Shown: positions 52,279 to 61,382 of the stretch, in pieces
How the letters are laid out: each line of letters begins with the position of its first letter
Numbering within the stretch: the first letter of the stretch is position 1
Origin: a candidate division Zixibacteria bacterium SM23_81
GTDB taxonomy: Bacteria > SM23-81
DNA length: 64,000 nt
Direction of reading: 5' to 3'
NCBI GenBank assembly: GCA_001304015.1
Contig: LJUY01000009.1
Location: 20,481-84,480, forward strand
Notes under the pieces: generated by a model
Told to the model about the DNA's origin: nothing
Databases searched by the model: none
What the model saw: the letters and a program-made list of their open reading frames with translations, nothing else
Position numbers and translations under genes: made by a program

Positions 52279-55200
52279 TCAACTCTGTGCTCTCAACCTC
52301 TCCACCCTCTCCCTCGCATCCTCTATTTCCTCGATGCCCTCATCGGCATCCTTCCAGATCTCCAAAAACTCCTCGTACTTGGCGATGGCATCCTCACGCT
52401 GTTCCATCTGTTCGTAAGCTTTTCCTAACAAATAATATGCCTTCACCGCCCAGAGAGGATATCCAAACCGGCGCTCATCATATCGACCCAGAGCCCTCTC
52501 TAAAAGCTGGGCGGCCGGCGCAGGTTGCCCTGATTTCTCATAGGCTAAAGCCAGAAGATAGCGGGCTTCGAACAGCGGTGAGGCGTTTTGCAGAAGTCCT
52601 CTTTGCAGGTGCGTGATAGCAGTGGGAAAATCCCCCTTGATGAGCTCAATGGCGCCGGAAAGACGCCAGTAGCCGCTGCGTTGGTCGGGATTATTCATAT
52701 CGATGACCTCTTGCAAACCTCGCAGGGTATCTTCAGCGGCATCGATCTCCCCACGCTCCGCTAGCAAGACGGCAAAGACAGGATGTATACCAAATGGGTC
52801 ATGCGTCTCAATTTCCTCATAGAGCCCGGCGGCTATTTGAGCCTCGTCCCAGGCCAGATTCAGCTTCTCCTGCTCCCAGTAAATGAAATACCTCATCATG
52901 TGCTTTCCAATTCTGGCCCACGCAGCCACCTGCTCACGTTTATCTTGAGCGATGGCCTTGTCGAGCATAGAGAGCGTTTCCTCGATTCTCCCCCGATACA
53001 GAGAGATAAGAGCGAGAGATGTCCTCGCCGACGAACGGATGTTCTTATCCTCTTGGGTGAGAAATGGCTTGATGATGCCTTCGGCTGCCTCATAATCCTC
53101 CTTGAAGATATACATGCTGACCAATTTGCTGGCCGTGTTGGCAAAGCGTGGATTGATCTTCATGGCCCTGGCGTAGTTCTCGATAGCCCGATCAAGCTGG
53201 CCGTTAAAAGCGTAAATATCGCCACGGGTATCGTAAGAGTTAGGCTCATCCGGAGCCAGCTCAACGTGTTTCTCGGCAGCCTGGAGGGCTTTTTCAAAAT
53301 CACCCATAGCGTCATAGGTATAGGCAAGCATATTATAGTTGCTGACGTCGTTCGGGTTTTCCTCGATGGCCCTCATATAAACCTGAACTGCTTTTTTCAG
53401 ATGTCCAATCTGGCGGAGACAACCACCATAAGCCACATATGTCAACCCTCTGCTGGGCTCTATCTCCACAGCTCGTTGGAATAACTCCTCCGCTCTCAAT
53501 GTGTCACCTGCCGTCCCCAACTTGCATGCGAGATTGGTAAGTATCACCACTGATAAGGGATTCAGCTCGAAGGCTACCTCCAACTGCCTCATGCTTTGTT
53601 CACGTCTTCCCATGCGATTTAGCAAGTTTGAATACCAATAGTGGGCATAGGCGTAACCTGGGTTCAGATCAATAGCCTTGAGTAATTCCTCTTCTGCTTC
53701 CTCAAGGCGCCCTTCCATCTCGGCAACCAACGCCAAAGAGGCGTGTGCCTCAGCCAGCTTGTCGTCTAACTCCAGTGCTCTCTGCGCGGCCTCACGGACC
53801 TTGGGAATAATCTCTTCTTCAGGGTAACCGATGTTGCTGGGCAAAACCACGTAGGCGTCGGCCAGCCCGGCGTAGGCCTGTGCATAGTTGGGATCGAGCT
53901 CGATGGCTTTTTGGAAATACTCTATGGCTTTCATCAGGTGCCCTTCTGTGCGTTTATTCCATAGGTAGCGGCCCTGGGCATAAGCGTTGTAAGCCTCCAA
54001 GTTTTCTGTATGGCGCTTGTCAAAAGACGTTCGTTCATCTCCCAGGAGCTTGATCTTCATCACCTCGACGATGGCCTGAGAGATCTCGTCCTGGATGGTG
54101 AAGATGCTGGCCAGCTCGCGATCGTAGGTCTGCGTCCACAGGTGCGCGTCGTCGGGCACGTTGATCAGCTGTGCCCGCACCCGGATCCTGCTGTCTTCCT
54201 TCTGGACGCTGCCTTCCAGAATGGTGGCCACATCCAGCTCTCCCCCGATCTTCTTGACGTCCCGCTCTGGGCTCTTGTACCGCATGGCCGAGGTCATGGA
54301 GATGACCTTCAGATCCGGTAGCCCGCTGAGCTTACCGATAATGGCCTCGGTCATCCCATCGCAAAAGTACTCCTGATCCTTATGAGGGCTATAATCACGA
54401 AAGGGCAACACAGCGATGGAGTTCTGCCATTGGGTCCTGGCCACCTTGCTTACACCGGGCGCAACCACTTTTTTCAAATCATGATAGAGAAAATAGCTAG
54501 CTATTAGCACGGCGAGGACCACGACGAGAAAAACCGCCAAAATGGTGCGCGCCCAGGAAAAACCCTTGGGGCGCTTTCGCGGTGCAAGAACCCCTGTTCT
54601 GAGCTCTTCTTTGGCCCTGTTCAAATCAACCATAAGCTCGTCGACGTGCTGGTAGCGTCTGTCAGGACTCTTTGCCAGGGCCTTAGCGATGATCCTGTCC
54701 AGCTCCATGGGAACGCCCGCACGCAAACCCGTCACAGGCGCGGGCTCCTCGTTCAAGATGGAATACACGATTGCCTGATGATAGTCTCCCTTGAAAGGAC
54801 GTTGAGCGGTGATCATCTCATATAAAACCACGCCCAGGGACCAGATGTCCGTTCGGTGATCGACATCGTCGCCCCGGGTCTGCTCCGGAGACATGTAGGC
54901 GATGGTGCCAGGGGTGGTCTCTTTCTCGGTGATCTGCTTGCCACCACTCAGTTTGGCCAGGCCAAAGTCCATGACCTTCACCTGACCCCTGGGAGTCAAC
55001 ATAACGTTGGCAGGCTTGATGTCGCGATGAACGATTCCCCTTTCATGCGCTTCCTGAAGACCCTGGGCAATACGGATGGCGATATTCAAGACCTCGTCTA
55101 TCTTTAAGGGACCCGACTCGATCTTTTTCTGGAGATTTTCACCTTCCACGTAGGCCATGGCTATGAATGTCTGTCCCTCCACTTCATTGATTTCATAGAT

Positions 55201-55413
55201 GGTGCAGATATTGGCGTGGTCCAAGGCTGAGGCTGCCCGCGCCTCGCGGATGAAACGCTCCTTGGCCTCAACATCACGCATCAGCTCCGGAGGCAAAAAT
55301 TTCAGAGCCACGGTGCGCTTGAGTTTGGTGTCCTCGGCTTTGTAGACCACACCCATGCCGCCTTCGCCGATTTTTTCCAAAATCTTGTAATGGGAGATGG
55401 TTTTGCCAATCAT
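52279..55413 (-). CDS. Ser/Thr protein kinase - TM - TolB-like - TPR protein (K3)
   Basis: All Hanks motifs, TM helix, SIAVLPF..., TPRs. Confidence 0.92.
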   Translation of the reverse strand: MIGKTISHYKILEKIGEGGMGVVYKAEDTKLKRTVALKFLPPELMRDVEAKERFIREARAASALDHANICTIYEINEVEGQTFIAMAYVEGENLQKKIESGPLKIDEVLNIAIRIAQGLQEAHERGIVHRDIKPANVMLTPRGQVKVMDFGLAKLSGGKQITEKETTPGTIAYMSPEQTRGDDVDHRTDIWSLGVVLYEMITAQRPFKGDYHQAIVYSILNEEPAPVTGLRAGVPMELDRIIAKALAKSPDRRYQHVDELMVDLNRAKEELRTGVLAPRKRPKGFSWARTILAVFLVVVLAVLIASYFLYHDLKKVVAPGVSKVARTQWQNSIAVLPFRDYSPHKDQEYFCDGMTEAIIGKLSGLPDLKVISMTSAMRYKSPERDVKKIGGELDVATILEGSVQKEDSRIRVRAQLINVPDDAHLWTQTYDRELASIFTIQDEISQAIVEVMKIKLLGDERTSFDKRHTENLEAYNAYAQGRYLWNKRTEGHLMKAIEYFQKAIELDPNYAQAYAGLADAYVVLPSNIGYPEEEIIPKVREAAQRALELDDKLAEAHASLALVAEMEGRLEEAEEELLKAIDLNPGYAYAHYWYSNLLNRMGRREQSMRQLEVAFELNPLSVVILTNLACKLGTAGDTLRAEELFQRAVEIEPSRGLTYVAYGGCLRQIGHLKKAVQVYMRAIEENPNDVSNYNMLAYTYDAMGDFEKALQAAEKHVELAPDEPNSYDTRGDIYAFNGQLDRAIENYARAMKINPRFANTASKLVSMYIFKEDYEAAEGIIKPFLTQEDKNIRSSARTSLALISLYRGRIEETLSMLDKAIAQDKREQVAAWARIGKHMMRYFIYWEQEKLNLAWDEAQIAAGLYEEIETHDPFGIHPVFAVLLAERGEIDAAEDTLRGLQEVIDMNNPDQRSGYWRLSGAIELIKGDFPTAITHLQRGLLQNASPLFEARYLLALAYEKSGQPAPAAQLLERALGRYDERRFGYPLWAVKAYYLLGKAYEQMEQREDAIAKYEEFLEIWKDADEGIEEIEDARERVERLRAQS

Positions 55414-57611
55414 TCTTCCAACCCTATTTTCTTCAGCATGGCCGTGAACCTCGAGTCTGAACGTACGCTGTCAAATCCTGGATCTACTTTAATCTCAAGG
55501 AGGGTACTATCGCGTTCTTCATATGCCTTATCCAACCACTTGAAGCCCTTATCCTTCTCACCAAGGGCAAAATATAAATTCGCCAGTGAAATTGGCGGAA
55601 CATAGCCCTTCTCAGCTTGTTTCAGCAAATCGTCCAGTCTCTGGTAGGCAACTCCTTCGCATGCTTCAAAAAGCGGATCCGAGCGCCCTGAAATATCCCT
55701 TTCCTTTTTGAACTCCCTGAAAGCTTCCTCATACCTCGACTTCTGCAAATGTACCTTTCCCAGCCAAGCGTGAACCGCACTAAAGCTTGAGTCCATCTCC
55801 AGGGTCTGGTTCAATTTTTCCAACGCTCGATCATAAAGACGTGCGTAATAAAACACCAGGGCAGTATTTCTGCTTATGACCAGAGAAAGAGGATCCAACT
55901 TTTGAGCTCGTCTAATCTCTTCGATAGCTTCGTCAAAGCGATCCATGTACATTAAAAAGAGCGCATACCAATGGTGAGCGGTGGGATAGTTCGGGTTCAG
56001 CTCAATGGCTCTCTGGAACTCTCTCTCGCTGCTCTCCCAGTCCCAGCAACGGAACTTAATTTGAGCCAGGGAGGTGTGGGCTTCGGCAAGTGTCCCGTCA
56101 ATCTCGAGTGCTCTCTGAATGGCCTTATTTGCTTTCGGATATAATCCTTTTGGCGAAATGGAACTGTAGTCCGGAAGAACGATATATGAATCAGCCAAGC
56201 CTGCATAAGCAAGGGCATAGTTCGGATCTTTTTCGATCGCTTGCTGAAAATACACGATAGCCTTCTTTACGCCTTCTTCCGTCCGCTTGTTCCAGAAGAA
56301 ACGGCCCCGGATATATGAATCATACGCTTCTAAATCTTCAGTATGATGCTTGACAATTTTCTCCTTCTCTCCCCCCAAGAGCTTGACCTTCAGCTTATCC
56401 ACAATGGCCAGAGATATTTCATCCTGAATGGCAAAGACATCTTCCGGACAGCACAGTCCGCTGATATCGCGATCGTATGCGTCGGACCAGATATGGAAAC
56501 CATCGACGATATTGATGAGCTGTACCATGATCCGTAACTTATTGCCCAGTTTTCTCACACTTCCTTCAAGTAGAGCCTTCACATTCAATTTGCGGCCTAT
56601 TTCTCTAATGTCAACCTCTTTGTTCCTAAATGAGGAAGCCGAGGTCCAACCCGCGACGCGCAAGCCCTCGACATGCGTCAGGGCATTGATGACGTCCCCC
56701 GCCATGCTCTCGCAGAAAAAATCCTGCTCTCGGTCTACACTCAAATTCGTAAAGGGGAGCACAACGATGGAGGGCAGTTCTTTCCCGGTTTGAGTTTTAA
56801 GCTCCTTCTTGGCCCATTTGATATCAAACAAAAGATCCCCGATCTTCTGGTAGCGTGCAGCTGGATCCTTGGACAAGGCTTTGTTGATGATCCGTTGCAC
56901 TTCCTGGGGTATATCCCTCCGAAGGCCGATCACTGGCTCCGGCTCCTCATTCAAAATGGAATAAACGACCGCTTGCTCGTATTGCCCTACGAAAGGCCTT
57001 TGGCTGGTAAGCATCTCGTAAAGGACAACGCCCAAAGACCAGATATCCGTCCGATGATCGACCTCCCCACCCTGTGCCTGCTCCGGAGACATGTACACCA
57101 CGGTACCCAGGATTGTGTTAATTTGAGAAGTCTGCGAAGCTCCACCCAGCTTGACCAAGCCGAAGTCCATGATTTTCACTTGACCTTTGGGAGTTAGCAT
57201 GATGTTGGCGGGCTTGATGTCGCGATGAACGATTTCCCTCTCATGCGCCTCCTGCAGACCCTGGGCAACATCAATGGCGATATTCAAGACCTCATCTATC
57301 TTCAGCGGGCCCGATTCAATCTTCTTTTGGAGGTTTTCACCTTCGATGTAGGCCATGGATATAAAGGTTTGTCCCTCCGCCTCGTTGATTTCGTAAATGG
57401 TACAGATGTTGGGATGATCCAGGACGGATGCCGCTTGGGCCTCCTGGATAAATCGCTCTTTGACCTCCGAATCGCGGGTAAGATCCGGAGGTAAAAACTT
57501 CAGGGCAACGGTGCGCTTGAGCTTTGTGTCCTTGGCTTTATAGACCACACCCATGCCACCTTCGCCGAGCTTTTCCAATATCTTGTAATGAGAAATGGTT
57601 TTGCCGATCAT
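55410..57611 (-). CDS. Soluble Ser/Thr protein kinase - TolB-like - TPR protein (K4)
   Basis: Hanks motifs, no TM, SIVVLPFTN, TPRs, 'DP.FDSVRSDSRF' tail. Confidence 0.92.
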   Translation of the reverse strand: MIGKTISHYKILEKLGEGGMGVVYKAKDTKLKRTVALKFLPPDLTRDSEVKERFIQEAQAASVLDHPNICTIYEINEAEGQTFISMAYIEGENLQKKIESGPLKIDEVLNIAIDVAQGLQEAHEREIVHRDIKPANIMLTPKGQVKIMDFGLVKLGGASQTSQINTILGTVVYMSPEQAQGGEVDHRTDIWSLGVVLYEMLTSQRPFVGQYEQAVVYSILNEEPEPVIGLRRDIPQEVQRIINKALSKDPAARYQKIGDLLFDIKWAKKELKTQTGKELPSIVVLPFTNLSVDREQDFFCESMAGDVINALTHVEGLRVAGWTSASSFRNKEVDIREIGRKLNVKALLEGSVRKLGNKLRIMVQLINIVDGFHIWSDAYDRDISGLCCPEDVFAIQDEISLAIVDKLKVKLLGGEKEKIVKHHTEDLEAYDSYIRGRFFWNKRTEEGVKKAIVYFQQAIEKDPNYALAYAGLADSYIVLPDYSSISPKGLYPKANKAIQRALEIDGTLAEAHTSLAQIKFRCWDWESSEREFQRAIELNPNYPTAHHWYALFLMYMDRFDEAIEEIRRAQKLDPLSLVISRNTALVFYYARLYDRALEKLNQTLEMDSSFSAVHAWLGKVHLQKSRYEEAFREFKKERDISGRSDPLFEACEGVAYQRLDDLLKQAEKGYVPPISLANLYFALGEKDKGFKWLDKAYEERDSTLLEIKVDPGFDSVRSDSRFTAMLKKIGLEE

Positions 57612-57612
57612 C

Positions 57613-60468
57613 CTATTTCTTTCCCGATATCTGGATTAATTTTGATTTGGCATCGGCCAATTCTGGGAGATCTTGATCCGCTTCCTCCCAGATTCTTAGA
57701 AACTCTTTATACTGTTCGCTGGCCTTCTTCAAACGACCTTTTTCCTCGTATAATTGGGCCAACCGATAACGATATTTTGGATGAATAAGACGCCGATCCC
57801 TACTGTACGGATGAAAGGTAATCAGCCGCTCATATTCGGCAATGGCTTCATCTAGCTTTCCTTTTTGGCGATAGGCTCGGGCCAACACATCTTTCTGGAA
57901 CGGGAGGTTATATGCCAGCATTCCTCCCGTGTCACTCATGTAAGGTATCCTCCAAGGTGGCGCTTTCTCACGAACAGTGATGGCTTTCTCCAGGGAACCC
58001 TCTACCAGCAATAACTCTCCATGAAGCAATTCGGCAAAGTCGGGCACAAGAGGTCTTATATCCGTCAGCTTTGACTTTGCAGAATCAATTCGTCCTTCTT
58101 TCAAATCCAGCAAGGCAAGGGCAAAAACGAGGGCTGCCGTGAGAGAGGCAACCTGCTCTGGTGATCCCAGGGAGTAACTGGTGGCTGCAGGAATGTACTC
58201 TTTGGGATTCCGCTGCACCGCATCTATGCACTGCAGAAAACAGTTCCGGCTCAGGCCAAGCTCTCCCTTTTCATAATGAATCCAACCCTTCAACCTGTCT
58301 GCTTCGGTTTGCCAGATCTCACTCCCCTCGGCTTTTGACAGCTCAGCTATCCTCTCAGCCTTGTCAAGGGCTCGGTTCAAACTACCTCGCCAAATGTGGT
58401 AAAAACTTCTCCACCGCAGTCCGTCCGTTCGAGTGCCAAAAGATGGTGCCTTATCGATGTATTTGTCGATCCACTGCATGCACTCAGAGTAGTTTTCCCT
58501 CAAAGCATAGATATAGGCAATCTCCCAATAGGCGTAGTAGAAGTCTGGTTTGACCTTCAAGGCCTCTTTGTATTTTGCTATGGCATCGTCCAGTTTTCCC
58601 ATTCTGAAGAAAAGTTCTCCCATAGAATCGATGGGATTCGCATCCCCTGGGGAAATGATAGCATACCTCTGAAAGTACTCATGGGCCTGTTCGAAGTCCT
58701 CGACGTCGGTGTACATGTAGGCCAGTTCGTTGAGAGCCCACCCATAGTTAGGATCAAGATCCAGAACTTTTTTGTACTCCTCGACAGCCTGGTAGAACTG
58801 CTTCTTACCCCTGTAGTGAGATGCCAGGCGATGGTGAACGTGCTTCTCTTTGGGGTATTCCCGGGCGATCTGCTTGAGGATGTGGAACCTTTTCTCCACA
58901 TCTCTCTCCAAGGCCCGTGCGCAAGCCGCTTCGATGTAAAGTCTCTCCTTGCTTGTGGCCTTATCCGAAAAAGCCTTCGCTTTCTCAAAGGCATTGTTGC
59001 GCGCTTTGGCATCGCGCAATCGGTCATAAATCCAAGCCAAGTAAAGGTATGCTACGGCGAAGGTCGGATCGAGCTCAACCGCCTTTTGGAGAAATCGCCG
59101 GGCGTCTTCGTTATAGATCTTCTCGAAGCTCTCTCTACCCCTCAGAAAGTATCGATACGCCTCCATGGACGACGTGGTCACATCGGCGATAGGCTGCCCG
59201 CCGTCTTCCATTTTGTGTTCGGAGATGCCTAGACCATGGGAGATATCCCGGCTCAGCCCATCAATCTGCGTTTTCAAAATGCTGTCCACTCCCAAACCCT
59301 TAGAGCTGGCGCTCACCAGCAGTCTCTTGGTGGAAACATCCATGACTTTCACGTCGGTGGCGAATATCTCACCAGCTTTTGTATAAGTGCCCAGAACGAT
59401 AGCATCGATGCCATCTAATCGGCACAACTGGAAACCCAAATCCTTGTCGATGACCTCCACCTTCTCCTTCCCCACTTGCTTCAGCAGATCTCGCATCCGC
59501 TCCCAGGTAATCACGCGCAGAGATTCCGCCCGCTCAAGGCTAGTGATGAGAAGATTGGGTATGGCCGTTTGGAGATAATCGTATTTCTTATCTCCCGTCT
59601 GATTCTCGAAGGTGATCACCGCGATAGGTTTCTGAACCCTCACAGGGGATTCTAACTCCTCCTCAAGTTTCCTGAGATGGGCCAGCATCTCATCGATGCG
59701 CTGATAGCGTTCTGACGGGCTCTTTGCCAGTGCTTTGGTTACGATGCCTTCCAGCTCTGCTGGTGCGCTGGCTCGAAATTTCAGCAACGGTTTCGGATCT
59801 TCATTCAAGATGGAGTAGATAACGGCTTGCTCATAGTCCCCTGTGAAGGGCTTTTGGCCGGTAACTATCTCATAAAGGACCACGCCCAGAGACCAGATAT
59901 CCGTCCGGTGATCCACCCCTTCACCTCGAGCCTGTTCGGGAGACATGTAGGCCGCCGTGCCCGAGATGGTCTTGGATGTTTCAGATTGCACTGCCCCTTC
60001 CAATACGGCCAGGCCAAAATCGAGAATCTTCACCTGGCCATCCTCGGTGATTAAGAGATTGCTCGGTTTGACATCTCGATGCACGACTCCCTCTTTGTGG
60101 GCCTTGACCAAACCCTGAGCCACCTGGATGACGATATCAATAGCTTGCTCCAGATCCAACGGCCCCCTATCTATCTTGTCCTGAAGGACCTCACCCTTGT
60201 AGCAGGCCATGCAGATGAACATCTGCCCTTCTTTGGTTTCATCGATATCGTAAATAGTGCAGATATTAGGATGATCCATGGCGGAGGCCGCCTGGGCCTC
60301 CTGGATGAAGCGCTGATTCGCTTCTGGATCGCGGGTCATTTCCGGCGGCAGGAACTTCAAGGCCACGAGGCGCTTGAGCTTGGTGTCTTCGGCCTTGTAC
60401 ACCACACCCCTGCCGCCCTCGCCGAGCTTTTCCAGGATTTTGTAATGGGAGATAGTTTTGCCGATCAT
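57613..60468 (-). CDS. Soluble Ser/Thr protein kinase - TolB-like - TPR protein (K5)
   Basis: Hanks motifs (G-loop GEGGRG), no TM, IAVITFEN, TPRs; start MIGKTISHY as in the paralogs. Confidence 0.92.
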   Translation of the reverse strand: MIGKTISHYKILEKLGEGGRGVVYKAEDTKLKRLVALKFLPPEMTRDPEANQRFIQEAQAASAMDHPNICTIYDIDETKEGQMFICMACYKGEVLQDKIDRGPLDLEQAIDIVIQVAQGLVKAHKEGVVHRDVKPSNLLITEDGQVKILDFGLAVLEGAVQSETSKTISGTAAYMSPEQARGEGVDHRTDIWSLGVVLYEIVTGQKPFTGDYEQAVIYSILNEDPKPLLKFRASAPAELEGIVTKALAKSPSERYQRIDEMLAHLRKLEEELESPVRVQKPIAVITFENQTGDKKYDYLQTAIPNLLITSLERAESLRVITWERMRDLLKQVGKEKVEVIDKDLGFQLCRLDGIDAIVLGTYTKAGEIFATDVKVMDVSTKRLLVSASSKGLGVDSILKTQIDGLSRDISHGLGISEHKMEDGGQPIADVTTSSMEAYRYFLRGRESFEKIYNEDARRFLQKAVELDPTFAVAYLYLAWIYDRLRDAKARNNAFEKAKAFSDKATSKERLYIEAACARALERDVEKRFHILKQIAREYPKEKHVHHRLASHYRGKKQFYQAVEEYKKVLDLDPNYGWALNELAYMYTDVEDFEQAHEYFQRYAIISPGDANPIDSMGELFFRMGKLDDAIAKYKEALKVKPDFYYAYWEIAYIYALRENYSECMQWIDKYIDKAPSFGTRTDGLRWRSFYHIWRGSLNRALDKAERIAELSKAEGSEIWQTEADRLKGWIHYEKGELGLSRNCFLQCIDAVQRNPKEYIPAATSYSLGSPEQVASLTAALVFALALLDLKEGRIDSAKSKLTDIRPLVPDFAELLHGELLLVEGSLEKAITVREKAPPWRIPYMSDTGGMLAYNLPFQKDVLARAYRQKGKLDEAIAEYERLITFHPYSRDRRLIHPKYRYRLAQLYEEKGRLKKASEQYKEFLRIWEEADQDLPELADAKSKLIQISGKK

Positions 60469-60491
60469 AATTGATCTAGGAGAAAGGTACC

Positions 60492-60594
60492 AGGATTCGA
60501 GGGTTCTAGGATTCAAGGGTAATAAGTCCTTGATCTGTTGTCCTTCAAACAGGCTTGGACCAGGGGTACTCGAAGCCTTGAGTCCTTGAATCCT
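60492..60594. repeat. GGATTCRA-repeat element with a different core (copy 4)
   Basis: aggattcgagggttctaggattcaag ... actcgaagccttgagtccttgaatcct. Confidence 0.65.
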
Positions 60595-60697
60595 TTCTTC
60601 TCACCAGCACAAAGGACGAACGGTTACCTCATTCAAATGAGTTATCTCTACAGATAAGATCCCTCGCTTCAAGACGAACCCGCCTCGAAACACCCTA

Positions 60698-61069
60698 TCA
60701 GGTAGGGCAGGGTTCATCGCCATCGCCACCATTGCTGAGAAAACCAATCAGAACCACGGCTCCAACAACACCAAACACCCCAAGCGCTATTGTTTTAGCT
60801 TGATCCAGCTTTTTAATTTCAAGCGATGCGATCTCCGAGGAATCTATTTCCTTGTAACCTTCTGCTTCGATGTAGCCCACCAGCTTTGAATCCTCAACTT
60901 TTGTATCCTTCATATTATACTGAGTTCCATCCTCCATTGTTACCCTGACACGGGCTCCCTGCTTAAGCTCAGGGATCTCCTCCTTGGAGATGTACCTCAT
61001 GCTGGTGCAGCCTGATAAATAGAGGATGAAGCTCAGCGAAACAAGGAGAAAAATGCATTTTCGATACAC
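60698..61069 (-). CDS. Small lipoprotein of unknown function
   Basis: Lipobox LSGC, beta-rich core, C-terminal hydrophobic helix. Confidence 0.7.
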   Translation of the reverse strand: MYRKCIFLLVSLSFILYLSGCTSMRYISKEEIPELKQGARVRVTMEDGTQYNMKDTKVEDSKLVGYIEAEGYKEIDSSEIASLEIKKLDQAKTIALGVFGVVGAVVLIGFLSNGGDGDEPCPT

Positions 61070-61382
61070 CGGTTACACCCCCCTAGGGTAGAGGACGCGA
61101 AGGGGCAAGATTGACCTTCAAATTCGGGCATTTCTCCACGGCGAGAAAGCATAGAAGTGGTGAGAACCTTCCTGACGAGAATTGCCTTCCGGTTTCCAGC
61201 GATGATCACCGAGCTTCAAGGACTAACTCACCGCTCGCATTCGCGATGTTGGGATCGCGGCTTGGGCGAACACGGGCTGTGGGGGGACACGATTCCCGAT
61301 TCCCGATTCACGTTCCCAACTGAGCAACGACTCCAAACGTCCATCCGCATAGATGCCTATCACCGACCACAGGACTCTCATC

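Noticed and set aside
49119-52360. Diversity-generating retroelement (K2/K3 3' repeats as VR/TR)
   Set aside because: Differences are synonymous and not adenine-specific, both copies are coding, and there is no reverse transcriptase in the window
41628-60594. Integron attC cassette array
   Set aside because: No RYYYAAC/GTTRRRY ends recognised and no integron integrase in the window
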